Assembly: GCA_028534125.1 (NCBI GenBank)
Contig: CM052832.1
Coordinates: 6,574,001-6,638,000 of the forward strand
Origin: Lama glama
Taxonomy: Eukaryota
Direction of reading: 5' to 3'
Length of the DNA: 64,000 nt
The position numbers and the translations under genes are program-made. Of this stretch, positions 1-14,368 are shown in pieces. How positions within the stretch are numbered: position 1 is the first letter of the stretch; each line of letters opens with the position of its first letter. The notes under the pieces are model-generated. The model was not told the origin of the DNA. It saw only the letters and a program-made list of their open reading frames with translations, and ran no database searches.

Positions 1-1890
1 CTCTGATTGATACGTTACCTTTACAGAATTCCTCTTTTCTCAAGAGTCTGCATTCTTTGCACCCACTTTGGTCTTAGCATCCTTCTTGAGTCACAGCAGA
101 GACTCCTTCTCGCCCCTCTCAGAGAGCCCATCTCCAGACTAGCAGACGAAGCTCATCTGGCCTCACAGCATCCCCGTGCGGTGGGCTGGCCAGGTTTGCC
201 TCTGTCTACCTGGCAGGTGCGGTTATGGCGAGACAGAGTTGTGACTTCCCCTTGCTGCGATCTGTGTCCCTGTACTCTGTTTTGTCTCCCTCTTGGGCTT
301 TCTCTTCATCTGCCGTGTTAACAACGACAGGGCTGTTTGAAGTGGGCGTGATAATGTCCGTTTGCTCAGAGGGTTCCTTTGATACAACCAGCTTTCACAT
401 TCTTTTCTGCAGCTCATCAGCCTGGCTTTTGCTGCTGCAACGGGGACTTCTGTCTGGTCTTCTCCCTGTTGTTAATGTGAACACTCTTACTGAGGCCTCC
501 TTTTAAGTCTTCCTGTACTAGCCTGTTTTGTAGGAGGGACCATCAGCATCTCCACATCATGATCATAGGTCAGCAGCCACCGAAGAGGGCTGTCAAGGGG
601 AGGGGAAGGGCAGCAGCTGCCTGGATTGGATGCATACCCCACGGCTGCCCCCAAACCCATCAGGGCCCTCCCCAGCTGATTTCAGAGCCAGTCCTGATCC
701 CTCTAAGCCTCCGTTCCAGCAGAGCTAGAGCAAAACTGGGCTCTCACAGGTCTCTTTCTGCTTTCAAAACGGTAAGAAGGTACAAGCACAAGCCTCCGTC
801 TCTCCCCGTTTTGATCTGACCCTCTCCAGGCATCCTGGTACTCAGCTCCCATTGGAGCCAACAGGGCTTCTCTTGGGTTAAAAGCACGATGAATCCCTCC
901 CTCCCCACACTCCACTCGCTGCTCCTGTAAAAAGACATGGTTTTAATTGCAAGGTGCCAACGTTCTAGATACATCGACATGAAGTAAGTATTTTGCAGAC
1001 AGCTGGAGGACACTTCACAGTTATGCAGGGTGAAACAGGTGTGCCTTCTGATGATCGCCAATGGGAGTTACTAATAAAATGCCTTCACCTTGGTGAAGTT
1101 GGTCGCTCTCTGGCGATCTCACGCAGTGGGTGGGTGCTTTGTCCTCTGGTTCCTGAACAGGGTGATGCCAGGGTGATTTTGTGAGGTGGTTTTTAGTTCC
1201 TGGTTGTGGTTTGAAAACCTGTTACAACGTGAATGGAGAAGGACCACGCAGACATATGGTCTGGCATCAGCTTCACAACCACCACGTCCTCAAACATGAA
1301 ACCAACCCAATAAACACACAACACCTGCTTTGTCCTACATCTTTCTAACCAGTTGTCTTCATAGTCTTCCTGCCCTAACTAACAACTCCTGCTAGAGCAG
1401 AACAAACAAACAAACAGAGTCTCCTGCTCCTTCCCTGACGCTCTGTCAGTGTCCCCAAGGACGGGACACCCCCCGCCCCTGTTCTCTGTGCCAGTGTGGC
1501 CGGTGTCCTGTCTGAGAGTTAGAGTCTCCTGTTCCCGAACCTGGAAATCCACTGTGGTTTCCATCCGCAGGAGCACTTGCTGCAAACCCCAATATCGAGC
1601 ATCAAAAGCTGCCATAGAGTGGAATTAAAGCAGTTTCTAAAAATTTCACAATTACCTAATATTTTCCCCCCTTTCGCCCCATGTAACCACAGATAATGTA
1701 CATGTAACTGATCAGCATTAATAATCAGTCATTGCCTATGTTGGAAAAGCTCCAGGGAGGAGGTTTTCTCACCATTGATTATACACATACGTCTTCTCTG
1801 TAGTATAGATGTAGCACTGTTTTTAATGATGCAAAATCTCTTTAAAGCAGATTTCAAAAAATGACTGCGAACCGATTTTTTCTGTCACAG

Positions 1891-1986
1891 AATTACACGG
1901 TGCCTCCTGGTGACCTGTTGATGTTGTCTCCGTTTTGGGTACATAGAAATCCAAAGTATTTTCCCGAACCAGAACTGTTCAAACCT
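1891..1986 (+). CDS. CYP39A1: CYP39A1 (oxysterol/24-hydroxycholesterol 7-alpha-hydroxylase) internal coding exon, equivalent to human exon 9
   Basis: Acceptor tttttctgtcacag| and donor |gtaagt. The 96 nt exon, phase 0/0, encodes NYTVPPGDLLMLSPFWVHRNPKYFPEPELFKP, the P450 segment before the PERW meander. It matches CYP39A1 as I recall it. Confidence 0.95.
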
Positions 1987-2831
1987 GTAAGTTATCTCTT
2001 TCCATACACGCTGTCCTTGGGTTTTTCTCTTTCCACCCGGAGTATGGATTCATAAGTTAGCTAGGGCTATCTCATTAAGTGGCCAGGTTTCTCTCGTACC
2101 TAAGGCTACAAAGCACAGATAAGATTTGCAATATAGATGCTATAACGTTGCCACATCAGGTAGAAAAAGTCTTTGGAATAAGCTTCACCAACTTTTTAAA
2201 GTAAATTTTTGTGGGAAACCAGCAGGACATGTGAAAGTAAATGTGCTTCGTTCTGATAGAAGGCTTACTTCATGTTCCTTAGGCATTTGGTTTCCATGGA
2301 GTCCAAAAAATAAAAATGAAGCAAATGAAAACTGTGTCCTACTGTTTCTTGGAATTAGGGAGTTACAGGGCTAAATAGAATCTTAAAAGGTCGTTTAGTC
2401 CATCCTCTGCCTTTAGGTAGAACTGTCGAAACTGGCATCCAGATGTATTCATTGTGCAAACCAAGCTTTCTCCAACAGGCAGGGCTGTCAGTGTCCTGTT
2501 ACAAAATTTATTACCAAGAGCAATTTTGTGATGGAGCCCGAGGCCTTATTATAAATATTCTTCCTCTTCTGAGGTCCATTCTGTGGTTGATTTACATTAT
2601 CACCTACTTTTGCCACTTAAGAAAATTCTTGTTAAACTTTCTTACTTATGAGTTCACGTTCCCAAAACATAATTGTGGCTGATATTAATAACAGGTTGGA
2701 AAAAATTACCAACAACCCTGCAACTTTATATGCAAGGATTAGCTGTCCAGGTCATTTTTAGCCTAGAGAAATAAAGTTAAGCTTATTTATATAAGGCTGA
2801 TTTGGGGGAAAAAAATGCTTTCTTCCCACAG

Positions 2832-2920
2832 GAACGTTGGAAAAAGGCAACTTTAGAGAAGCGCGCTTTCTTGGACTGCTTCGTGGCGTTCGGGAGCGGG
2901 AAGTACCAATGTCCTGGAAG
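2832..2920 (+). CDS. CYP39A1: CYP39A1 coding exon with heme-binding cysteine (equivalent to human exon 10)
   Basis: Acceptor tttcttcccacag| and donor AG|gtcagt. The 89 nt exon encodes ERWKKATLEKRAFLDCFVAFGSGKYQCPG plus AG. It completes PERW with the previous exon and contains the FxxGxxxCxG signature (Cys codon at 2910-2912). Confidence 0.97.
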
Positions 2921-3889
2921 GTCAGTGAGGCAGCTGGGCCCCGTTTATCCAGAAGGTCCACAGAAAGATGAGGGCTCAGAGGGGGAGAGCTTAGGCTGAA
3001 TCCCTCCAAACAGCAGGGGATCGAGGAGTCCACGTTCTGTGCGGGTGGCCTGTCGTGGTGTGCGATGTCTCTGGGGGAATGTCTAAAGTGGCTTCTGATA
3101 GGAGACCTCCTGAGAAGACAATGTCACAGTTGCAGCGGCCACATGAAAGCCAGGTCTGTGTTTCAAATGCTCAGCTTTGATGTAAGTGTAATGTGAAGTG
3201 GTTTTTTTTGAATGCGACCTGTTTTAAGGATAAAGACAGAAGTATAATATTTCTTTACAGCAATGTTAGCACAGACGTTTGCTGGGGTCATGGAACGTCT
3301 TTATCTTGCAGCATCGCAGCAGCATGCTGAGTGGTGTTTGTTTATTGAGTTTGTTTTGGGTCTATAAAAACTTGCGTTTGACATCTTTTAGAGTTAAATT
3401 AATCTAGCAGCCAGGACTCCTCTTCAGTGTGATGCCCTGTTGTAGTGCAAATTATTTACTGTTTATTTATTCAAGAAGAAACTTGTTTGAACATCTCAGG
3501 CATGCCAGGCCCTCTGCTAAGCATTAGGAACAGAGCACTGGGCCTCATAAAACTTACACACAACATTAAAGAAACCCCATTTCCTCACTGGTGATGGTTC
3601 TGTTGGAGAAATGTTGGTACCTGCTTGTAACAAAGTCTTACTTGGTGAACATACAAATCCTAAGTTCTATATTGGAAAAACTGTAGTTTCTAAAGTCCAT
3701 CATCTTCGTTGTTTGAACGGTGACACCATTCTGTATTTGCAATAATGACTTACTCCACAGTGTCCGTTCTACCCCTCTTTTGTTTCATGTTTTATAATAT
3801 CAATTTGCTTTTCATAATTGATACATCCCCCAACGTGGTTTTAATTAATCTTAGCCCACCATGGAAGTTCTATCTTCCCTCTGAGAAGT

Positions 3890-4330
3890 TGTTCTAGAAG
3901 CCACAAGGGGAAGCAAAATGGTGCCTGGTGTTTCCCTGGGGCTGGTTATTTGTCCCGGGGTAGGTTCTTGTCCGACACTGGCCAATCAGACGAAGAGGAG
4001 AGACGTTTTTCCTCCACGGTCAGGTTAGGTCGCTGGAAGTAAACAAGCAAGCAGGTGCCAGCAGCAAGGCCAAACGGAGCAAGCTCCAGCGTGGTGTGGA
4101 GGCTGCGGCCAGCGGAGTAGGGGCAGGGAAGGGGCCCGGTCCGTGAGATGTCACGTGCCACTGAATCATCAGTTTTGAGGAGCTGCCCTACTCCCTGTTA
4201 TGTTAGATAATAAATGTTCTTTACTTTTAGAAGTGATATATATTATATATAATGTGTAGGTGATAAGTGCTTATTTTTTTTAAGGCAGTTTGAGTTGGAG
4301 GTCTCATCAGTCAGATCTGAAAGCTGACAC
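3890..4330 (+). mobile_element. Degenerate MaLR (MLT1-like) LTR
   Basis: 3' end resembling MLT1 LTRs (aataaatgttc...gcagtttgagttgg...ctgaaagc) and an internal tggccaatcag. Confidence 0.4.
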
Positions 4331-4829
4331 ACCCACCAAAAAACTCCTGAGTTGATACTTAAGGGAATAGTCTATCAAACAAAAACCAGCAAAGACTACA
4401 AAACCCATCCCGCTCACCCGTCTTCTCATGTCATTCTTACTTTAGAAAAGCAGTTCTTAAATCCATAACACATTTATTATTTTTATCACCTGCTAATATC
4501 AATGTTCTAAGAGCAGCTCTTCTAAAAACCTTCGAGATTACCTGTCAGGTCCCTTTTCATATATTCCCAGTTGCAACTAAAGAGTTCATTATAAGCATCT
4601 TTGAAATGGGGCTAGAAGTATTTTGAACCAAGAACTGAAATGTTTTGCAGAGAGGCGTGTAGTGTGGGCCAACGGTCGAGGACTAACTGATGACTCTGGC
4701 TTCTTAGAGGGGCTGTTATGACACGACTGCAGTGGCCTTCGAGGCTGATGGACATTGGCTTGAGTTCGGCAGTAATGGGTACAGCAGAGGGGACCGTGGC
4801 GTTTCAGCTCAATCAGCAGTCCGTTATTG

Positions 4830-5580
4830 ATAAAGAAACTACATGTCTTAAGGTGCTGAGCTCTTACTGCATGTCAGGCAGTGTCCTGGGTAGCGCAGAA
4901 GCTTCAGACAAGAGTGAGACGCTCTCAGCCCTCAGATGCTATCTTGGAGAAGCCAGGGACGGTCCCGAGTTTGTAAATAACTGCAAGGAACCCAGGATGA
5001 GAGGTGGCTGAGCATCACACGGCGGAGATTCCAGAGACAGGATGTCTGTGGTCGGGGTGATCTTAGGTTTTCTGTGGAGAGTGATCTTTGAAGAGTTGGA
5101 CGAATTTGCAGATTGAGAAAACTGGGCAAAGGATTGTTAAGTACAGCGGTCCACAGGTTAGGGCTTACGGTTTCACTGTCACTAGGGCCAGATTACAAGT
5201 AGTGGCAGGAGGAAAGACTGAAAAGTTACATCAGCCCAACCAGAAAGGCCCCTGTATGCCTTGGTCCACAGCTCACGAGGCACTCGTGAAATGTTAAAAA
5301 GTTTTGGGTAGGATGGGCTAGGGTGGGGCATGTCTTAGGTTATATGGTTGTGCTAAAGCTCACGAGAGAGACGTGGAGTGGTGGAATCTACCCGATTTGG
5401 AAAATGCTTAGAAATGGTGGTCAGTTGAGAGGAAGATTTGAAGACCGTGGCTTTGAATCTAGGTGTCTGGAAGAGGTGTTAGAAGTAGGGAGATGAGGAG
5501 CAGGAGCAACCTGGGGGACAAGATGTTAAGTTTTCCTCTGAAAATCTTTGAGTCTGAGATGTGGCAAGATATATGTCATG
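4830..5580 (+). mobile_element. L2 LINE fragments
   Basis: L2-like 3' end (gagctcttactgcatgtcaggcagtgtcctggg) followed by degenerate purine-rich L2 body sequence. Confidence 0.5.
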
Positions 5581-8500
5581 TAACCATAATTATAGCTCAA
5601 ATATGCGTGTTGGATAAATATGACATAATTTTTTTAAAACCTCCTTAGTTTAGTTTTCTGTTAAGTTTCTGTTTTTGATAGTCCATATTTTTCCTGTTAC
5701 TTATTTTAAAGAGCCAACCCATGAAACATTAAAAAAAAAAAAACAAAAAACCAGACCAAACAGAAAATTGTTCCAGAAAGCAAATGACTTCATTTGGACA
5801 GTGTATACTGAGATAAATCTTTGCACCAGAACTTTAATCCCGCAGACCCTTAGTATAATCCCCAGAAAAATCGCACCCATTCTGAGTTTGTATGCCGTGA
5901 GCCAATTTATTTTCTCATGTACCAAATACTCAGTGAGTCAGAGAAAGCTGCCTGCAAAGTAGCTGACCATCAATGTTCGTCAAGAAAACAGTCTTGGGGC
6001 CTGGCAGCTGTCACCCCTTGGAGTTCAGGCCACCGAGAGCCCCTCTCACAAGTGAACACAGAAGGTTTTGCTGAATTTACCAAATAAGTACTCAGTGCTC
6101 CATCAGCTGCCAACCAGAAAGCAGAATGGAAGGACTGGAATTCCTCCTCTGAACGATGGGTGTTTGAAAAATATATTTGGAAGAGGAACGCCTCGCTAGG
6201 CACTTCTCTGTAGCCGGGAAGCTCCTGGGTACACACAAGAAGGGGGCTCTTCCCAGTAAATCTAGGGCTGGAGAAGTACAGTGGTTTTGCAGAAAGACAA
6301 ACAGGAGAGAGCGGCAGGAACTACTGGAATCGTCAGCCATGGCAGCACGCAAAATGAAGGGTCTTATTAGAGTGGACGTGCCCCTCTTAAACGGTGAATG
6401 CAGATGGAGGAACAGGACAGGAGGGGGTTTCCAGCGCTGAGCAGGTGTCTCTCAGACAAGGATGTGCTTGCGATACCCACCCCCTGGAATGTGCATCAAA
6501 GCCAACAGCCCTGATTCTCCCATCTCTGCCAGAGGATCCTGGCTGGCTGTGTCACTGGGCTAACCGATATGGGTTAAATTCCAGTATAAAACAATAGCCC
6601 TGATCTTTGGCAAGAGTACCTCCCCCCCCCCCGACAAAGGCATGTTTGGATAAGAAGAGGGTGTAATAAGAGGAAGGCTGCAGTCCTTGAGAAATGGGAA
6701 TGAAGCACGGATTCCTCGGGAGTGGAAACTGTGGTTTCTGCTTTTTTGGGTGTCCTTGGTTTCGTCATGTAGCCTAGGGCAGTACTCGGTCGACCACAAA
6801 GGCATGGACTTGTCTTGAATCACTAATGAAAATCACATCGCTGTTGGAAAATTAATTCAAGCATAGGTCCAGCTGATGGTAGGTTAGTAGTATTCAACCT
6901 AACAAAGATCTCTTGAGCACCTAGTATTGATATGATTATCCTTTCATTCAATAAATATGTATCAGGTGGATGCTGTCTGTCAGGGTAGAGTTCTAGGAGT
7001 GACCTTGGAAAACCAAATAATGGATGAAGTACCTTCCCTCAAGGAGCTATAGTCTAACTCAAGACACCTTGTTAGACACCGGGGAACCCCAAAGACTCAT
7101 AGCCTTCCGGAATTGCTTCTGATGGAGCTGGAGAGATGTGACGTAGCAGCATGAAAGACAAGCCCTACTTCACAGCGTAAGATGGCACTTGAGAAATGCC
7201 AGGTGACCCATGTACATCATAGGAATTCAGAGGAGGGGACATTAGAGAAGGCTTAATGGACTAGATGAGAACAATCAATAAACAGCACAGAAGAAAACAT
7301 CCCTTTTTGAATGGCAGTGGTATCAAATGTTGAAGTGAGAAAAAAATTCAGTGCTCATAGGAATGTCATGGACCTATATGTCCATTGATAGCAAGGCAGC
7401 TCTATATTGGGGGTTTGTGAAGCTCTGAGTTACAGTTGTTCCCTTTATGTTTATATTAAAGATCATGTAATTTTAATAACTGTGCCTTATTCAGTAAAAT
7501 ATCTTGGTGCAATCTTGTGTTTGAGAAGGGCTGTAACTAGCTTTCCCCTTTTATACTCAGAAATAGCCACTGGCTTCAGAGGAGCAGGCACACTCAGGTT
7601 CCCGTGGATTCATGAGAAGTTGCAGTTGAGTTTATTCTGAGGAATGTGTTACATAAACACGCGCATCCCCTCAACTCTGGTTGATCAATAGAACTGAAGG
7701 GACTGGATTTGCTTATATAACCATTTCCTAACAGGCTCACTATGACACGCACACATCCTGGAGGGCAGATGCAGAGGGGCGAGGGTGGGAGGGGTGGATG
7801 TGGTAAACTTGAGGATTGAAAGAGGCTGCCAGATCCTTTATTAACTTCTAGCCATGCTTCCCTCTTCTTTCTGCTTTCCTGAGGGCCAGTGACTCACTCA
7901 AAGGAGCACGGAAGCCATGGACGAAATTGCAGTCATTACTTCCCCAGCCATTTCATTCTGACACTTCATTATGAGGCTAAGATTTAAGTTTGTCAAGAAC
8001 AGAAGCAGCAATTCAAGAGTGATTTTTTTGGATACTTAGGCCAAAGTGCATCTAAAATAAAACGTGTTCCTCTGTGCTCCAAAAATTCCAGAGAAGACCT
8101 TCTTTTCCTTTGATTTACAAAATAGATGGCTGGCCCTGCTGTGGCGCACAGAGTGCCCGCGCAGGATTTCTATCTGTGCAGGAAACAAAGGGCGCTTTGG
8201 GCTGGGAGTCTCCCCACTGCTTTTTTTTTGTTTTTCATGGGTTTTCTCCCCTCATTGAACTAAGTTATTGCTTTTTAATCAGTTTGGTCTGTCTGTTGTT
8301 CTGAAAGTTTTAGTTCCTAGGAAAAGAGGAATTAAAACTGGGCTATATCACAGTATTGCCTGTCGGTTATCATCCCCCCCATCACCCGGTGTCTTCTCCT
8401 TTGCTAACAACCCTCATGTTCATCTGGAGACCCCTGGGATGGCGAAGTGCTGATTCCACCCCCCTCTCTGTAGGAGAGGAGGTCCTGTGTGGTCCCTGAG

Positions 8501-9755
8501 CCAGTCCTCATGTACCATCCCCATGCTCCTTCCTCCCTTCCCATGCAGATTGCTTTCAGTGTTGGCTTGTGTTTTAAGCAGTACAGTTGACTACCAAGTG
8601 AAAGTTTCTGTTGAGACCTCTGGGTCCGAAATGATCAGTCCCTGTAGGATGTGAATAAAGAAGCACTTGGGCCCAGAAACCATCGGCAGGTATTTTGAGA
8701 CGATAACCGTTGAGCAGAGCCGCAGAGGCGAACTGGCTTCTTGGTACCGTCACTGAGCGGTCGGAGTGATCTCTGCCCGAGGCTCTGGGTTTTTTAGGCA
8801 TATGAGGCAATACATTCCCTTCAGTACAGAAACCAGTGGATTTTCTGACACGTGCAACCAAAAGCATCCTAAGTAATCTCTAATTTCCTTCAAAGCCAAA
8901 GTTTCCTTTCAAGATTTGTCGAACTCCATGAAAAATAGTGTATTAACATATTGTAACCACATCAGTGAATAGCTTTCTAAATAACGTGTGCTTTGTAAAG
9001 GGGTTGAGTTTCATTTACTCTGGGTATATCACAAAAGAAAACGAAAACAAACGTCACTTCTTAAATCTTTCCTGAAGGCCGGAAATTTAAGATCCACCAC
9101 GAGATCGTTTCTGTTTGGTGAGGAGTTCATCTTAGTGAAGCCAGTGGTATTCCTCTGCCCTTTTCTTGAATAAGAAGGTTTAGAAAGAGGTACCCGATTG
9201 CTAGCTCACAGCTCATACATGCAGGAGTCTTTCTTCTGGGAGGATCACCATTAAAATAATACTGGTTCCAGCTCTGAAAACCAGTGCCCTCAGAGGCGAC
9301 TCCCGCTAGAATCCAGTTCTCATCTTCCCAGTGAGACAGAAAACAGTATCTCAAGACGAGAAGCCCCCAGTACCTCCAGATCTTTTCCCTTCACTTTGTC
9401 TTTACCTTTCTCTCCTTTTCCCCCCTTCTTCTAAATATCTCATCCTCCTTTCTTCTGTTTTTCATGCGTTTTCTTTCTTTCTTTCTCTTCCAGTCTACCC
9501 TGATCATCTTCTTCTCTTCCCATTTTATTCTGGATTTGTTTCCCTTATTTAATATCATCATCCACCTGCTCACCCTACCGGATTTTGCCCGCACCATCAC
9601 TCCCAATCAAAAGTTTGGTACCCCAGCCATAATGTTTCCTGCACAGCTGAGGTATTCTTGGTAATTTTAATTTTGTGTGCTAAAACCAAAAGGTTTGATA
9701 AACTACATCTTTTGCCATTTTTTTCCCTTTCTGCTTTATCAAGTTCCTCTAGATC

Positions 9756-9915
9756 AGTGATTCAAAACTACGACCGCCAGACCACAAGTAGTAACGTTAC
9801 ATGGAAACTCGTACAAAACGCCAGTCTAGGGGCCCTTCCCCAGACCTACTGAGTCAGAAACTCTGGGAGCGGGCCCAGTGATCTCTGAACAAGCCCTCCA
9901 TGCTCTAGATGGTTT
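9756..9915. mobile_element. MER5A-like hAT-Charlie DNA transposon
   Basis: cagtgattcaaaact...cccagacctactgagtcagaaactctggg...aacaagccctcc, a hallmark MER5A core. Confidence 0.75.
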
Positions 9916-10369
9916 TGCCTCCTGTCACCAGATTGTCTTTCTTTTCCTATAAGATTTCTTAAGGGGCTGAGGTAGTGGGACAGGTCCTTCGCCTTTAACT
10001 TAAACAGCCACGCTTCAATGAAGGATGCCTGGGGAAGTATGTCTGTGTGCCGCCTTCTCTGGATTCCAGGGCGAGATCGTTCTATTTTCATAAGCTGCAG
10101 CTGGTGGTGACTTGGAATATACTTCAGAGCCCCTGCTCCTGGCAGCAGCGGCATTTTGCAGCCCATGTTGGTGCTGCCCGCGATGACTTCTAGTAGGAGA
10201 GGAGAGAGAGAGATGTTCCTTTAAAAAGTGAAGGAGGGATTCAGTCTCAAAATCAAGGCATCTAAAACTAAAATCGTTACTTACCCCAAGTCCTAGCGTC
10301 CCTGTGGTACTCTCTGCTTCTCTTCCCTGTATCACTGATCTCCTAGACACCTGGCTTTAAGTCACCCTG

Positions 10370-10534
10370 TTTTTTTTTTTTTAATTGAAGTATAGTTGGT
10401 TTACAATGTTGTGTTAGTTTCTGGTGTACAGCATGCATGTATATATATATTCTTTTTTATTATAGGTTATTACAAGACAATGAATGTAGTTCCCTGTGCT
10501 GTGTATTAGGACCTTGTTGTTTATCTATTTTATC
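10370..10534 (-). mobile_element. Short 5'-truncated L1 3' end (artiodactyl-type)
   Basis: Poly(T), then aattgaagtatagttggtttacaatgttgtgttagtttctggtgtacagc...tagttccctgtgc. Same family as the copies at 30.4, 50.6, 51.3 and 63.3 kb. Confidence 0.85.
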
Positions 10535-12089
10535 AAGAGTTACTCTTTATCTCTCCCGAGTTTTGGTCTGTTGTGTGCACTCCCACCTCCTAAACCGGGT
10601 CATCATGACCTTCCCTTTCCCCCCAGGCACTTTTATCTCTACTATCAACCCATCTTACTGACCATGTGCAGATGAATTGTCCTTGAACAACTGTCTCTAA
10701 CTGACACTTTCTTGTTAAGACTCTGGCACTACTGCCTGCAAGCCAAACTCGTCAGCCTGGAACTCCAGACTCTCCAAAATCTGACACAAATACATCTTTC
10801 TGAACATCTGACCGCACCCTCCCGAGAGGGTCTGCCGGCTGTCCTCTGACCACCATGTCCGTGCTGCGTCCGTCCCTCCCCTCTCTCTTGCTCTCGGCTG
10901 GGTCTGGAATGCCCTCAGCAACACGTCTCCTTATCTGAAGTCTGTTCCTCCATCAGGGTCTGGCTCAGGTGTCACCCCCGCGTAGAGCTGATCACTCCAG
11001 GTCATTGTGTTCGCTCCAGACTTCTCATCTCCATCGCCCTTTTGTTTCCACCATTATCTTATGTCCTTACCTTTCCCACCTCTTCACATGCTTTACCATC
11101 AGCGGGAGGTAAAGTCCAGGTTTTGTTGGACTTTGTATTCTCAGCATCCATGTGGCACTCCTTGAACGTTTATTTATAAATGGGAAAAACATGCAAGTAC
11201 TCAGAATTTAAGGAATATTCAACATGTTTGTATTTCAATGAGCTTTATTTGTAGACACATAATGTTGCTCTTGTAAGTGTAAAAAAATAAATCTGTCGTA
11301 AATAATATGCCTCATTATTTTCACTGTTTCGACATTAGAAGTATTAAGGAAACATTCCTAACACGAACACAGCTCAGCCTGCTTCTGAGGAGCTTCTGTA
11401 AAAGTGCAGATGCATGAGGCTCATTTTCTTTGTACAATCAGCTTTTAGTGTCACAGATGTGTGCACGTCTGTCCCTGGCATTTTAGACATCGAACAAAAT
11501 TCAGTAACATGGTAAATAAAGGCTTGAAACCACAATTTTTTTTTACCATTGCAAAAAAAAATTAACTTTATTTAGTGAATAATTGAAGTTATTCTGCTAG
11601 AATATCCAAATATTTGAATTTGGAGAATATAAGAGCTATTATTTTTGTGCATAAAATATTTATTTTCCCATGGTCCAGGAGAAAAATATTTCAGTTGAAC
11701 ATGTCCCAGAAAATCCCCTTTTCCTGTTTACTCCCCTACGTAGGGCTGTGCTTGTCTCCTCTGCAAAACAGCCCCAGGACAATCATCCTCCTTTGGTTTT
11801 AGCCTCAGCAGCTCCCGTCCCCAGAGGAGCTGGTTTCACTCCATGATCCCTCTCTCTCCCTCCATCAGCGCACTTCTCAAAGTCTGAGTATGGGGTAACC
11901 TTGGGGACTTTCCGCAGTACCGCCCATGGTTTTCCCTGGGGCCTGAGCTTTTCAAATAGCCCGTGATGGACACACCGTGTCCAGTTCCCTTCAGATATAT
12001 TCAAATGTTTTTTTCTTTAGATTCTCTATGAAATGGTTGACTGCCGTTTCCACATCTCTCCCTAGTTTTAGGGTTTACGACGGCATGTA

Positions 12090-12700
12090 GGTAGTTGCTT
12101 AGAAAAACAAATTCTCAAAACTTGCTGTTAAGCTTGTTAGGGTGTGTCCAGAGTAGCATTTAATTTACGATAATACAATCCCACTACTAAGGCAGCACTC
12201 TTTTCAAGGACTCTACCCAGTGGTCCGTGTGTTGGAAGCTCTTCCCACTCTTGCTCGTGGGAACAGACTTCCATGTCTCGGGTGAGCCCTGGGCACCATT
12301 CTGCTCATTGCTCGGTAGCTTTTTTTTCATCTTTCTTCTTTGTCTCAGTAGTTTTCTCTCATTCCTGCAGAGATCGGTACTTGGCCAGATACTCAGTGAG
12401 ACCCCTGAGCAGCTCTCTCTCTCTCTCTGCTCCTCTTCCCTGCAAATCCTAGGCTATTTAACTTGCCTGAACACTGATTGCTGTCTCCCTAATTTAGTGA
12501 GACTGTCAGGTCTGTGCGGGGGTTCCTCTCCTTGCACAGTGGCCTGGAAACCATCACGGGCAGAAAGCTGGGGCAGCGGGAGGTCTCAGCCCACTTCTTT
12601 CCTTTCTCTTGGGGATTTTCATCCGATAACTGTGCATCTTGCCCAGTTTTGGAATTACTTAGGACAGAAGAATAACATGAACTTCTGTTACTCTATCATG
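12090..12700. mobile_element. Old L1M-type 5' region fragment
   Basis: Motifs such as cccactactaaggc...ctctacccagtg...ttcccactcttgct...gtgggaacag...gcctggaaacc...gcagaaagctggggc resemble old L1MC/MD 5' UTR sequence. Confidence 0.4.
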
Positions 12701-13049
12701 GACATTCTCATTTGTTAGAAGTTTGACAAAAACTTAGTCGTGAGAAATTCTGAACCTGCAAATTAACAATTTTTTTTTTTTTGGAATTGCTGCTTAATTT
12801 AAGCTGAATCAGTAAACGTTGGGTTGTTCTATTTCATAGACCTTGACGCGCTCAAGGGATGGGATCAATTATCTTTAGCATTTACAGGCATGTAGGGTTA
12901 AATTTACATCACAAATGATTAACTGAAATAAAGTAGGTTGTAGGAATAAGGTTGTTAGTTGAGGGATATTAAAAGTGCCATAGGAACAGAGAAAAGGATG
13001 GAAAAGAAAGGAAATTGAATCTGCCTTATGGAAGCCATCACCTTCCAAC

Positions 13050-13475
13050 ATCTATTCATTTACTCAGTCAACATTATTAGGCACCAGAGGAGCACTGTGC
13101 GCTATGCTAGGGCCCACCGGTATGATCCCGGAGAGAGATGGCCAGCAAGCAATCACAGTTCACTGCCATAGATGCTGTGGCTGAAAAGTGCACAGAGAGC
13201 CACAGGATGGAGAGGAAGGGCACCTCAGCCCAGAAGCAAGCAGGAGATCGGGGACTGCCTCCAGAGGAGACTGAGCCTCGGGGGGAAGGATGGGCTTGCA
13301 GCAGAGGGCGTCACCATTCAGGGAATGTCAAGTGTACAGTGTGGCAAGAGCATGGGTTTCAAGGAGGAGCTATGGGGGAGAGGAGGCTGGAGAGATGGGT
13401 AGGGGGCAGGTCTTCAAGGGCTGGCTGTGTTCTCCTGTGGCATTTAGAAGGAAATGAGACGTATTGACAGCTGGG

Positions 13476-13513
<38 letters not shown>

Positions 13514-13850
13514 CTGTGTCTGTGTGTGTAAAATGAGGAAACAGTGATCAATTTCTGTTTTAGAAAGTTCATTCTCGCGGTAGAATGAAGAATAGACTGG
13601 AAAAAAGTGACACGGGAAGCAGGGAAGCCAATCTGGAAGCCCAGGTGATTCAGAAATCCAGGACGTAAATGATGAAGACCTCACTGGGGACGTAGCGGAG
13701 GGACTGGAGATAAGGGATAAGGGGAGGGCCTGGGGAACTGTTTTGCCTGGGAGAGTGCCGGAGAGGACTGGGTCCTGACGATGGTCAGTCTTCTGATGTT
13801 GTGCTCATTAAGGGCCATTCCCCCTAAAGTGATCTGCCTTCCCTGAGGAG
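13050..13850 (+). mobile_element. L2 LINE fragment containing a (TG)n tract
   Basis: cattcatttactcagtcaacattatt-like L2 tail, and L2 body motifs (tgtggcaagagcatggg..., atttctgttttagaaagttcattct, gaagccaatctggaagc). Confidence 0.6.
13479..13510. repeat. (TG)16 microsatellite
   Basis: Directly visible. Confidence 0.95.
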
Positions 13851-14159
13851 AGCTCAAGGAAAAGTAGCAGAATTTCATTTACAGTTTTCTCAGTTTTTAA
13901 ATTTCTATTTGTATGTGTCTTACAAAGTAGATGATAAACTAATACAGCCATATGCATATATAATTTACAAATAAAGGAGTATCAATATATTGTAGGGTAT
14001 GCATTTTATTTTATTATCAGAGGTGTATGATCAAAAAATCTGGAGGCTGAGTGAGGGATTACAAAAGGAAAACTAAATTTGGTAGTTGTGGGGAGTTTGT
14101 GGTGCCTGTAGAACATTTAGGCAGTAATTTCCAGTGGTCAGTAAGGGTCTTGATCAGAG

Positions 14160-14368
14160 AGGAGTGTCCAGTGGAACTTTCTGAGACCAAGGAAATGTTC
14201 TAAATATGTACTGTTCAGTACGGTGGCCACTAGCCACATAAGGCCACTGAGCACTTGAGATATGGTTAAGTGCAACCGAGGGACTGAATTTTAAATTTTT
14301 GATTAATTTTAATTTATTTAAGTTTAAGTAGTCACACATAGCTAATGGTGACCACGCTGGAAAGCTCA
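14160..14368. mobile_element. MER3-like hAT DNA transposon
   Basis: gtccagtggaactttctg...ggaaatgttcta...gccactagccacat...tgagcacttgagatatgg...actgaattttaaatttt matches the MER3 pattern. Confidence 0.8.

Noticed and set aside
1861..2999. Track ORFs 1861-2055 and 2802-2999 as stand-alone small proteins
   Set aside because: They are CYP39A1 exons read through into flanking intron sequence.
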